From IMG/VR virus record IMGVR_UViG_3300045988_097034, positions 1 to 24,940 of that record: a stretch of 24,940 nucleotides of DNA; one strand, written 5' to 3'. The DNA is from a virus. This document shows positions 1 to 6,084 of the stretch, in pieces. Numbering within the stretch: the first letter of the stretch is position 1; each line of letters opens with the position of its first letter. The position numbers were made by a program, and so were the translations under genes. The notes under the pieces were generated by a model. That model was not told where the DNA came from. It ran no database searches and worked only from the letters and a program-made list of their open reading frames with translations.

Positions 1-28
1 TTTGGTGCGCCAACAGGGACTCGAACCC
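1..28. repeat. attL core, direct-repeat copy 1 (identity verifiable for 28 bp only because the right copy is cut by the window edge)
   Basis: tttggtgcgccaacagggactcgaaccc is identical at 1-28 and 24913-24940. Confidence 0.85.
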
Positions 29-47
29 CGGACCGACCGGTTATGAG
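3..47 (-). tRNA. Truncated 3' portion of a tRNA with CAU anticodon (Met or Ile2-lysidine type); non-functional remnant at attL
   Basis: Reverse complement of 3-47 reads CTCATAA-CCGGT-CGGTC-CGGGG-TTCGAGT-CCCTG-TTGGCGC-A-CCA. These are the anticodon loop, 3' anticodon stem, variable loop, T-arm, acceptor 3' strand, discriminator and CCA. Beyond 47 there is no matching 5' anticodon stem or D-arm. Confidence 0.8.
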
Positions 48-126
48 TAAACCAACAAAACACTGAAAAACTTAGTATTTATCGGGATTTTCTGAAATTA
101 CTGCAATGCACGCAATTTTATAGTGC

Positions 127-1335
127 TTATGCTTGCTTTTGGGCAGGTTTAAACTCCTTAATCAATGCGTCAATACTGATTATTTTATTCGATTTGCGTT
201 TTGGCAATGATTCGACATAGTGCGTATAAATGTCAAGCGTAGTTGACGGCTTAGCGTGTCCCATTTGTTTTTGCACATAGTGGAGTTCGTGACCTGTATA
301 TAACAAATTGGTGGCACAGGTGTGGCGGAGCGAATGAGCTGTAAACCTATCAATTACAAACGGCACTCCTTTAGGATCGTACTTACTTTTTGGCTGTCTT
401 TCATACTCCAAAAAGTCGCCGTATTTGATATTTAGGTCAGCCATATAACTATTCCAGAGCCTTCGCCACGCTGTATCACTCATCAGAGTACCTTTTGCGG
501 AGGTTACAACAAAATCGTCAAGTTTATGTTCAGGCTGTTTCTTTAAAAAATCAATAAGTATTTTTGGCACATCTGTAACAGTACGCACTCCCGATATGGT
601 TTTTGCACCTTGCTCAATATGCACTTTACCTTTTGTTATTAGCTTTTGATGAACGCTAATTGTACGCTTATCAAGGTTTATATCTCGCCATTGCAAGGCA
701 AGGCATTCGCCAAGTCGCAAGCCTGCAAACATCATTATCATAGCTGGCAATTGTGCACGGTGTTTGGTGGATACAACCCACAGCTGTTCTTGTGCAGTCA
801 ATGCTCGCCGTTCTGAGGTTTTTGCGTCCTTCGGTATGTCAATGTATTGTGCAGGCGAATAATCAATTATGCGGTTTTCGATTGCATAGTTAAACACCTG
901 CCTTGCCACACCCCTCCATTCTCTTAATGTTTTCTTTGCGGTTGGCTTCCCGGTGTGAGAATTACAAGCGTACTCATCGAGGATAATTTGTTGAAAATCA
1001 GCCTTTACAAGTTTATTGATTGGTCGGTCACTAAGAACAGCAAAATGCTTCAGATAATTTACATAGTTCTTGTATTGTCGCTCTGAAAGCATTGTTTTTT
1101 TGTAGGCAAGCCATAAGTTAACGAGTTTCCCCCATTTCATTCCTGAGTTTAGCACATCCATACCCTTGCCGATTTGTAACTTGATAAGCTGTGCCTTTTC
1201 TTCAACCTCTTTGACAGAGTAACCGTTGACGGTTTTGTATTTGCGTTTGCCGTCCTCGTCTTTGCCAAGATATACAGACTTTTGATAGCGTCCGTCTGCA
1301 CGCTTTTTAAGTTTTGCTTTTGCCATAATATACAC
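127..1335 (-). CDS. int: Tyrosine recombinase / phage integrase
   Basis: 402 aa. Shows box I GLRLGE, HSLRHTCAT (HxxR) and GHAKPSTTLDIYTHY (catalytic Tyr region). RBS is AAGGAG. Lies adjacent to attL. Confidence 0.95.
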   Translation of the reverse strand: MYIMAKAKLKKRADGRYQKSVYLGKDEDGKRKYKTVNGYSVKEVEEKAQLIKLQIGKGMDVLNSGMKWGKLVNLWLAYKKTMLSERQYKNYVNYLKHFAVLSDRPINKLVKADFQQIILDEYACNSHTGKPTAKKTLREWRGVARQVFNYAIENRIIDYSPAQYIDIPKDAKTSERRALTAQEQLWVVSTKHRAQLPAMIMMFAGLRLGECLALQWRDINLDKRTISVHQKLITKGKVHIEQGAKTISGVRTVTDVPKILIDFLKKQPEHKLDDFVVTSAKGTLMSDTAWRRLWNSYMADLNIKYGDFLEYERQPKSKYDPKGVPFVIDRFTAHSLRHTCATNLLYTGHELHYVQKQMGHAKPSTTLDIYTHYVESLPKRKSNKIISIDALIKEFKPAQKQA

Positions 1336-1359
1336 TCCTTTTGCTTAAAAAAAGGGTGC

Positions 1360-1399
1360 AAAAATCCCCTGATATTCAAAACTTGAAAAATTCAGGGGA
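1360..1399 (-). terminator. Intrinsic-terminator-like hairpin between the 1495..2046 gene and int
   Basis: Stem 1365-1372/1392-1399 (TCCCCTGA/TCAGGGGA) plus inner TTCAA/TTGAA pairing. On the minus strand it is followed by UUUUU (1364-1360) and a further U7 run, only about 25 nt before the int ATG. Confidence 0.5.
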
Positions 1400-1411
1400 G
1401 TGTGATACAAT
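1383..1411 (+). promoter_or_regulatory. Near-consensus sigma-A type promoter on the plus strand in a region where all genes are minus-strand
   Basis: TTGAAA (1383-1388), 17-nt spacer, TACAAT (1406-1411), with a TGn extension (TGA 1403-1405). Confidence 0.5.
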
Positions 1412-1417
1412 ATTATT

Positions 1418-1500
1418 GCTTTTAGTAGTATCACTGCACCCTGTGTGTGGTGGTTTCCGCTCTGACTTGCTCCAACAGGACAGGGCGGATTTTTTTATTT
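1418..1500 (+). ncRNA. Candidate small RNA of about 80 nt (promoter plus intrinsic terminator, no ORF), convergent with the 3' end of the 1495..2046 gene
   Basis: Predicted TSS about G1418 downstream of the 1383-1411 promoter. Terminator stem 1456-1464/1481-1489 (TCCGCTCTG/CAGGGCGGA, one G-U) is followed by T7 (1490-1496). No ATG or RBS inside. Confidence 0.35.
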
Positions 1501-2046
1501 CTTATTTTCTATAGTTAAAGTAAGTCTTGCGTAATATATCTTTTCTTTTGTCTTTTCATCTTCAAAAGAAGAAATATACAAATCTTTGATTGCCTTGACT
1601 CTGTTCTGATTTTCTTTGATAAATAAGGTATCTTCTGAATGCAAAGAACCAATATCAAGACCATTCGCAATAACTTTAATTGCAGGCTGATTTTCATATT
1701 CGTACTCTTGAAGTTCAACATTGATTACTTTACCGCTGAGCTTTTGTTGCATAAGTTTAGCGAGATGTTCTTGCCTATTATCATATGTAACACCTGCAAT
1801 TTTAAATTTTTTGGAATGTGTACCTTTGGTTGTAGGTGTGTTTTGTGAGGCGTTTGATTGTATGTCTGCACTATTTTCTTTTGTTGGCAATTTCTTGTCA
1901 AGGATAATAAGCACTATGCCTGCTGCTAAAAACAACAAACAAGCAAACCCAGTTGATACAACACCTTGAGCAAATGCGGCAATTGCTCCAACAATACCAA
2001 GTATCAATAATACAATGCCTACAATGAATTTTTTACTTTTATTCAA
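1495..2046 (-). CDS. Membrane-anchored protein: two N-terminal TM helices plus a C-terminal HIRAN-like domain (lysogeny-module accessory gene)
   Basis: 183 aa with a TTG start 7 nt after GGAGG. Hydrophobic segments FIVGIVLLILGIVGAIAAF and GFACLLFLAAGIVLIIL. C-terminal KIAGVTYDNRQ...VELQEYEYENQPAIKVIANGLDIGSL resembles the bacterial HIRAN pattern (vaGvtf.nRq ... ep.N.yD.nAI.V ... iGyl). Confidence 0.6.
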   Translation of the reverse strand: MNKSKKFIVGIVLLILGIVGAIAAFAQGVVSTGFACLLFLAAGIVLIILDKKLPTKENSADIQSNASQNTPTTKGTHSKKFKIAGVTYDNRQEHLAKLMQQKLSGKVINVELQEYEYENQPAIKVIANGLDIGSLHSEDTLFIKENQNRVKAIKDLYISSFEDEKTKEKIYYARLTLTIENKK

Positions 2047-2060
2047 AATATTTCCTCCTC

Positions 2061-2124
2061 ATATGTGATATATATATTGACAAAATATATCACATATTAT
2101 AAAATAATGTTAGAGGGGTTTCAA
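2061..2124. promoter_or_regulatory. Back-to-back overlapping promoters plus a 13-bp perfect inverted repeat (candidate operator)
   Basis: Minus strand: TTGAAA (2124..2119), 17 nt, TATAAT (2101..2096), driving the 1495..2046 gene. Plus strand: TTGACA (2077-2082), 17 nt, TAAAAT (2100-2105). Inverted repeat ATATGTGATATAT (2061-2073) / ATATATCACATAT (2085-2097) brackets the plus -35. Confidence 0.55.
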
Positions 2125-2182
2125 CTTCTCACTATTCCTATTTTTCCTACCATAGTTGCCGCTATGGTAGGTTTTTCTTTTT
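2112..2182 (+). ncRNA. Candidate small RNA of about 70 nt, antisense to the 3' end of the ImmA-like gene
   Basis: TSS predicted about 2112 from the TTGACA-17-TAAAAT promoter. It ends at the 2146-2182 terminator. The only ORF (26 codons) starts upstream of the predicted TSS and has no RBS. Confidence 0.3.
2146..2182 (+). terminator. Plus-strand intrinsic terminator overlapping the stop codon of the minus-strand ImmA-like gene
   Basis: Perfect 10-bp stem CCTACCATAG (2146-2155) / CTATGGTAGG (2162-2171), 6-nt loop, then TTTTTCTTTTT. On the minus strand no U-tract follows the hairpin. Confidence 0.6.
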
Positions 2183-2725
2183 GTTGATAAAATCTGCAAA
2201 TTGCTCTTTCACCTGTCTTTCAAGGGGATGCAGATAAAAAGCGTTTCTGCGTTCGAGCTCTGCCATTCGTTCAGCCCTGTAGGTTGCCGCCTCAAGGCTG
2301 ATGTCGCATAAATTTGCAATTGCAGCGGCATTGATTGCTTGCATTTCGTGCAACACACAAGCCGGAGCTAACAAGTCCCGAGCAAATACATTTGCCGAAT
2401 GTTCGGCATCGTCGGTTATTGCAAAACCTTTACCATTTTTAGCAAACAGATGCCCTAAAAAGATATGCCCGAGTTCGTGGGCAATTGTAAATCTACAACG
2501 CTGAGGAGATTGCTCATCAGCATAGACGATGTACAGCTTATCATCTTGCATCAAAGTTATTCCGCTCTCGTTTTGGTGTAGCAGATTGACCGCTGAATTT
2601 TTCAGCAAAGTAATATCAGCTTGTTTAGCTATTCGGCTTACCTTAACAGGTAGGCTATCTATATTATAATCAATCAAACATTGCCAAGAGGCATTGCGTG
2701 CATTTTTATATTGTCCATAATTCAA
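2162..2725 (-). CDS. ImmA/IrrE-family zinc metallopeptidase (anti-repressor protease partner of the XRE repressor)
   Basis: 187 aa with a HEXXH motif in FTIAHELGHIFLGH. TTG start 6 nt after GAGGTGG. Lies immediately downstream of the XRE repressor, as in ImmR/ImmA modules. Confidence 0.85.
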   Translation of the reverse strand: MNYGQYKNARNASWQCLIDYNIDSLPVKVSRIAKQADITLLKNSAVNLLHQNESGITLMQDDKLYIVYADEQSPQRCRFTIAHELGHIFLGHLFAKNGKGFAITDDAEHSANVFARDLLAPACVLHEMQAINAAAIANLCDISLEAATYRAERMAELERRNAFYLHPLERQVKEQFADFINKKKNLP

Positions 2726-2732
2726 GTTTTAC

Positions 2733-2768
2733 CACCTCATAGGTATTGTAACCTATGGGGTGTTTTTT
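2733..2768. promoter_or_regulatory. 12-bp hairpin that contains the RBS of the ImmA-like gene; on the plus strand it reads as an intrinsic terminator
   Basis: CACCTCATAGGT (2733-2744) / ACCTATGGGGTG (2751-2762, one G-U), 6-nt loop, then T6 (2763-2768) on the plus strand. On the minus strand the GAGGTGG RBS forms the 3' arm of the stem. Confidence 0.5.
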
Positions 2769-2780
2769 ATTATGTAATGC

Positions 2781-3218
2781 TTATAAGTCTGTATCGTCAG
2801 GCTCAAACTTGCTAAGATTAGCTAAGTTTACTATTTCAATTGGTTGATTATTGCCGTCACTTCGTGCGGCTTTAACCGTTGGTATCAATACTTCATCTTC
2901 CACACCGAGCAATCTATCAACTGCAGGTTGCATTTCGACTTTATTACGATATGCAAGTATAACCTTTTTCTCGTGATTCGAAAGTTTATCTATATGTATT
3001 TGTTCTTTGATTTCGCCATTTACCAAAGCGTTTATATCAATAGATAAAAAATTACATATTTTGGTGACATTTTGGATGGATGTTCCCCAAATGCCCCTAC
3101 TAAAAATTCCTTTAACGGTTGTATAAGGCAAATCAACTAATTTTGCAAATTGCATCACGCTTTTATATTTATCTAAAATATAATCTTGCAATTTTTGCTC
3201 AATAGTCATTGCACTCAC
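2781..3218 (-). CDS. XRE-family HTH phage repressor (CI/ImmR-like)
   Basis: 145 aa. N-terminal HTH (QFAKLVDLPYTTVKGIFSRG...). Divergent from a Cro-like gene. RBS is GAGAGGTGAG. Confidence 0.85.
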   Translation of the reverse strand: MSAMTIEQKLQDYILDKYKSVMQFAKLVDLPYTTVKGIFSRGIWGTSIQNVTKICNFLSIDINALVNGEIKEQIHIDKLSNHEKKVILAYRNKVEMQPAVDRLLGVEDEVLIPTVKAARSDGNNQPIEIVNLANLSKFEPDDTDL

Positions 3219-3233
3219 CTCTCTTTGATAGTT

Positions 3234-3262
3234 AGTATATTACAAAATTTTGTAGATGTCAA
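3234..3262 (-). promoter_or_regulatory. Repressor promoter
   Basis: Minus strand: TTGACA (3262..3257), 17 nt, TATACT (3239..3234). Confidence 0.6.
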
Positions 3263-3362
3263 TAACAAATCTACCTTTTTTAGTAAATTATTTTTAAAAA
3301 AGTGTTGACAATCTACCGTAAAAGGTATATTATAATGCTGTAATCTACTAAATAAGGTAGAT
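3252..3362 (+). promoter_or_regulatory. Lytic (Cro-side) promoter and repeated ATCTAC/GTAGAT operator half-sites of the genetic switch
   Basis: TTGACA (3305-3310), 17 nt, TATTAT (3328-3333). The hexamer occurs as GTAGAT at 3252-3257, ATCTAC at 3269-3274, 3311-3316 and 3343-3348, and GTAGAT at 3357-3362. These overlap both promoters. Confidence 0.55.
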
Positions 3363-3377
3363 TGGAGGTGAAAAACT

Positions 3378-3623
3378 ATGTTATATCCTAATTTGGTGAA
3401 AGCAATGAAAGATGAAGGTGTAACTAAAACAGATATTGCAAATCTGCTTGGATTACATTTCAATACCGTAACTGCAAAACTTGAGGGCGAAACATCTTCA
3501 AGCAAAGCTGTTTATCAGGTTGGCTTTACTTTGATTGAGGCGGTAATGATTAAAAACATATTTTTTAAAAGATATGATCTAGCTTGGCTTTTTGATTTTT
3601 CTGAACACACAAAAACAGCTTAA
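3378..3623 (+). CDS. Cro-like small HTH regulator
   Basis: 81 aa. HTH in TKTDIANLLGLHFNTVTAKLEG. First gene of the rightward operon. RBS GGAGGTG. Confidence 0.6.
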   Translation: MLYPNLVKAMKDEGVTKTDIANLLGLHFNTVTAKLEGETSSSKAVYQVGFTLIEAVMIKNIFFKRYDLAWLFDFSEHTKTA

Positions 3624-3650
3624 CGAAATGTTAAAAAAGGAGGACTGAAA

Positions 3651-3848
3651 ATGCCGAGAGAAAGACCTATTGTCAATTGGGATGAAGTGCCGGTGATTAT
3701 TGATGTGCCGTATGTGGCACGGTTGCTTGCACTTAATGTTGATTACACAACACGGCTTGCACAAAGGGGCGTTCTTCCTGCCCACAAAATCGGAAAGCTT
3801 TGGCGATTTGATAAGGAAGAAATCAGACAATACATAAAGGAGCATTAA
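3651..3848 (+). CDS. Excisionase-type (MerR/HTH_17-like) DNA-binding protein
   Basis: 65 aa. VPYVARLLALNVDYTTRLAQRGVLPAHKIGKLWRFDKEEI matches the excisionase-family HTH pattern. RBS AAGGAGGA. Confidence 0.6.
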   Translation: MPRERPIVNWDEVPVIIDVPYVARLLALNVDYTTRLAQRGVLPAHKIGKLWRFDKEEIRQYIKEH

Positions 3849-3850
3849 CA

Positions 3851-4108
3851 ATGTGGTTAAGAAACTATCCGACACGCAGAAAACTGCTCAAAGATGTTAA
3901 GGAGTTAAGAGAAGAAAACAAAAATCTCAAAAATGAGTTAAAAAAAGCTCGCCTTGATAAATCCCAAACCGAAGAAAATTACACAAACGCTCGATATGCA
4001 TTAGAAGGTTATAAAAACGAGAACACTAAACTCTGTGAAAAACTTTCAATGTATGAATCAGCAAAGGCAAAAACATATGGTTTTGAATGTGTGGGGGTTG
4101 GGAAGTGA
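3851..4108 (+). CDS. Hypothetical coiled-coil protein
   Basis: 85 aa, heptad-rich charged sequence, tightly packed in the early operon. Confidence 0.5.
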   Translation: MWLRNYPTRRKLLKDVKELREENKNLKNELKKARLDKSQTEENYTNARYALEGYKNENTKLCEKLSMYESAKAKTYGFECVGVGK

Positions 4109-4422
4109 TGAAAAGACCGTGTAATGCTCCCGTCACTATTGAAGGCTGGTCAATGAAATGCAGTAGTCATAATTACATTACTTTATATTACAACGGTAAG
4201 TTTGTCCGCTGTTTTGATAACGATCTGTATAACGAAGATCCGCTGAAAGATGAATATTACGCAGAACACATTATTAACGCCATCGAAAAAAGAACAGGAA
4301 TGAAAATCACCAACATTCCGATAGTTGGAACAGCTGAAGATTTTGACGGATTAAGATTTTTAAACGGCGGTTTTAAAAAAGGTACCGATTGGTTGTTAAA
4401 TGACAAAGAAAAAGACCGTTGA
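4108..4422 (+). CDS. Hypothetical early protein
   Basis: ORF 4087..4422. Preferred start is ATG 4108, overlapping the upstream stop (TGATG) and preceded by GGGGGTTGGGAAG. Confidence 0.5.
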   Translation: MKRPCNAPVTIEGWSMKCSSHNYITLYYNGKFVRCFDNDLYNEDPLKDEYYAEHIINAIEKRTGMKITNIPIVGTAEDFDGLRFLNGGFKKGTDWLLNDKEKDR

Positions 4423-4426
4423 CTGC

Positions 4427-4502
4427 TTGCAACAATCAACGGTCCGCAAATAAAAGGCTATTTGCAATCTAACTAATATTATCATAGCAAATAACCTTGC
4501 AA
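4427..4502. repeat. Three palindromic TTGCAA hexamers at exact 35-bp spacing upstream of the ParB-like gene
   Basis: TTGCAA at 4427-4432, 4462-4467 and 4497-4502. The outer two sit in a 14-mer repeat CTTGCAA(C/A)AATCAA (4426-4439, 4496-4509). A 9-bp hairpin GACCGTTGA/TCAACGGTC (4414-4444) covers the first. Confidence 0.45.
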
Positions 4503-4522
4503 AAATCAAGGAGATTATAAAA

Positions 4523-5328
4523 ATGGAAAGAAAATCTAAATTACAGATGATAGCAGTGGACAAACTGCACCCACATCCACAGAACCCTCGAAAGGTTATC
4601 GGCGATGTGACGGAGCTTGCGGAATCTATCAAGGCGAACGGCATTTTGCAAAACCTTACCGTTGTGCCAAACAATGATAACTGGGATGATTTTACTGTTA
4701 TCATCGGACACAGAAGATTAGCAGCGGCAAAGCAGGCAGGATTGACTGAACTGCCGTGTGCAGTTGTTGAGATGACTGAAAAGGAGCAGTTATCTACAAT
4801 GTTGACCGGAAAATATGCAGCGGTCAGACTTAACCGTATATGAAGAAGCAAAGGGCTGTCAGCTGTTGCTCGACCTCGGTGATACGGTCGCAGAGGTTGC
4901 CGAAAAGACAGGCTTTTCGGAAAGCAAAATAAGGAGGAGAGTAAAACTCTGTGAGCTTGACGAAGAAGCTTTCAAAGAGAGCCAAATCCGACAGCCTACA
5001 TTGCAGGATTATGACAGGCTGAATCAGATTAAGGATATTGATGTAAGGAATGAATTGCTTACATCAATCGGAACGAATAATTTCGACAATCTCTTGTATT
5101 CTGCCGTCTTTTTTGCAGAAATATCAAAACGGTATGAACATAAATCCTGACATCTTTAAGTATTTGCAAGTTACTTACTATCCCGAATACAAATACCAAA
5201 AAGAACTTGTAATGATTCTTGATGATATCCAATTTATGTATGACCAAGAATTGAACGAAAAAGAAAAATGGGAATATTTCAAAAAGTTTCATTTAAACGG
5301 TATGTTCCCGACTTCAAAAGGAGCGTGA
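4523..5328 (+). pseudogene. ParB N-terminal-domain (ParB/Srx-like) protein gene interrupted by two +1 frameshifts at homopolymer runs
   Basis: Fragment 1 (4523..4843) has LHPHPQNPR and IIGHRRLAAAKQAG. Fragment 2 (4815..5150) continues NMQRSDLTVYEEAKG plus an HTH (VAEVAEKTGFSESKIRR). Fragment 3 (frame of 5050..5328) has no start or RBS of its own. The frame changes coincide with A4 (4810-4813) and T6 (5109-5114). Confidence 0.7.
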
Positions 5329-5330
5329 AA

Positions 5331-5516
5331 ATGGCATTCCCCGAGAAATTAAGAAGGCTTAAACATAAATTAACGCAGGAAGAATTAGGTGAAAAACTCT
5401 GTTTGAGCAGAACAAGTATATCTTACTATGAGCAGGGAAAATTTGAACCTGATATTAATACCATAATAGCTCTATCAGATTTATTTAAAATTTCGATAGA
5501 TAAACTGTTGAAATGA
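5331..5516 (+). CDS. Small XRE-family HTH protein
   Basis: ATG 5331 after AAAGGAG. 61 aa: LTQEELGEKLCLSRTSISYYEQGKFEPDINTIIALSDLFKISIDKLL. Confidence 0.8.
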   Translation: MAFPEKLRRLKHKLTQEELGEKLCLSRTSISYYEQGKFEPDINTIIALSDLFKISIDKLLK

Positions 5517-5525
5517 GGCGTGACA

Positions 5526-6077
5526 ATGAAAATAAAAAAAGCATTCGACATATGCAAGAAAAATAAAATTATTTCCATTTTCGGCAACGAAAAAGGCGAG
5601 CAATGGCTGTCAGACGGCTATGCGGTCTATCCTATTTTCGGCTTGCCGGAACTCAATGAAGATTACATATGCAAACTCTATGACATCAACGATGCGCAGA
5701 GAGATAAGATTAGATTTACAATCAGTCAAACCAAGCCGTTGATTGATGTTGAGGATTGTTCGGCGGATGAAACACCGGCTGAAATGTGGGATATAAGCAT
5801 TATATACGACGGTAAAGTAATGCTCCCGATTAGCACCGCAGAGGGCTTAATGTTTATTGACAGAGTATATCTTAATCCTTTTGTGGATATGCCAAACGAA
5901 ACAATGGCACTTGCACTGCGTAAGGACTTCAAAGGTACTCCCTATTTTGCCGTTAAATTTGGAATGATTGCATACGGCTTTATATGTGCTTATGAAATTG
6001 TTGATGAAGATTTTGTGAGACAATTGAAATCATTATACATTGAAAGCGATATGATTTTGAAAAACAAGAAAGGATGA
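5526..6077 (+). CDS. Hypothetical early protein
   Basis: ORF 5520..6077. Preferred ATG 5526 after GAGGCG. No motif recognised. Confidence 0.55.
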   Translation: MKIKKAFDICKKNKIISIFGNEKGEQWLSDGYAVYPIFGLPELNEDYICKLYDINDAQRDKIRFTISQTKPLIDVEDCSADETPAEMWDISIIYDGKVMLPISTAEGLMFIDRVYLNPFVDMPNETMALALRKDFKGTPYFAVKFGMIAYGFICAYEIVDEDFVRQLKSLYIESDMILKNKKG

Positions 6078-6084
6078 CCTGCCG

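Noticed and set aside
2108-2188. 26-codon ORF (MLEGFQLLTIPIFPTIVAAMVGFSFC) inside the candidate sRNA at 2112-2182
   Set aside because: Its ATG lies upstream of the predicted TSS and has no RBS, so it is more likely non-coding.
3215-3505. Minus-strand 96-aa ORF spanning the switch region
   Set aside because: It covers both promoters and is antisense to the Cro-like gene. It has no RBS and is not credible.
4396-4851. Minus-strand 151-aa ORF antisense to the ParB-like gene. Similar long antisense ORFs exist at 6594..7049, 12655..13080, 13071..13518, 18130..18627, 20955..21428 and 21465..21788.
   Set aside because: All lie antisense to genes with clear family motifs, lack RBSs and have Ser/Cys/Phe-rich shadow-frame composition.
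5331-5516. Small HTH as an anti-CRISPR-associated (Aca-like) marker
   Set aside because: The gene immediately upstream is the ParB-like pseudogene rather than a small novel ORF. There is no dedicated promoter with inverted repeats, so there is no support for an acr operon.
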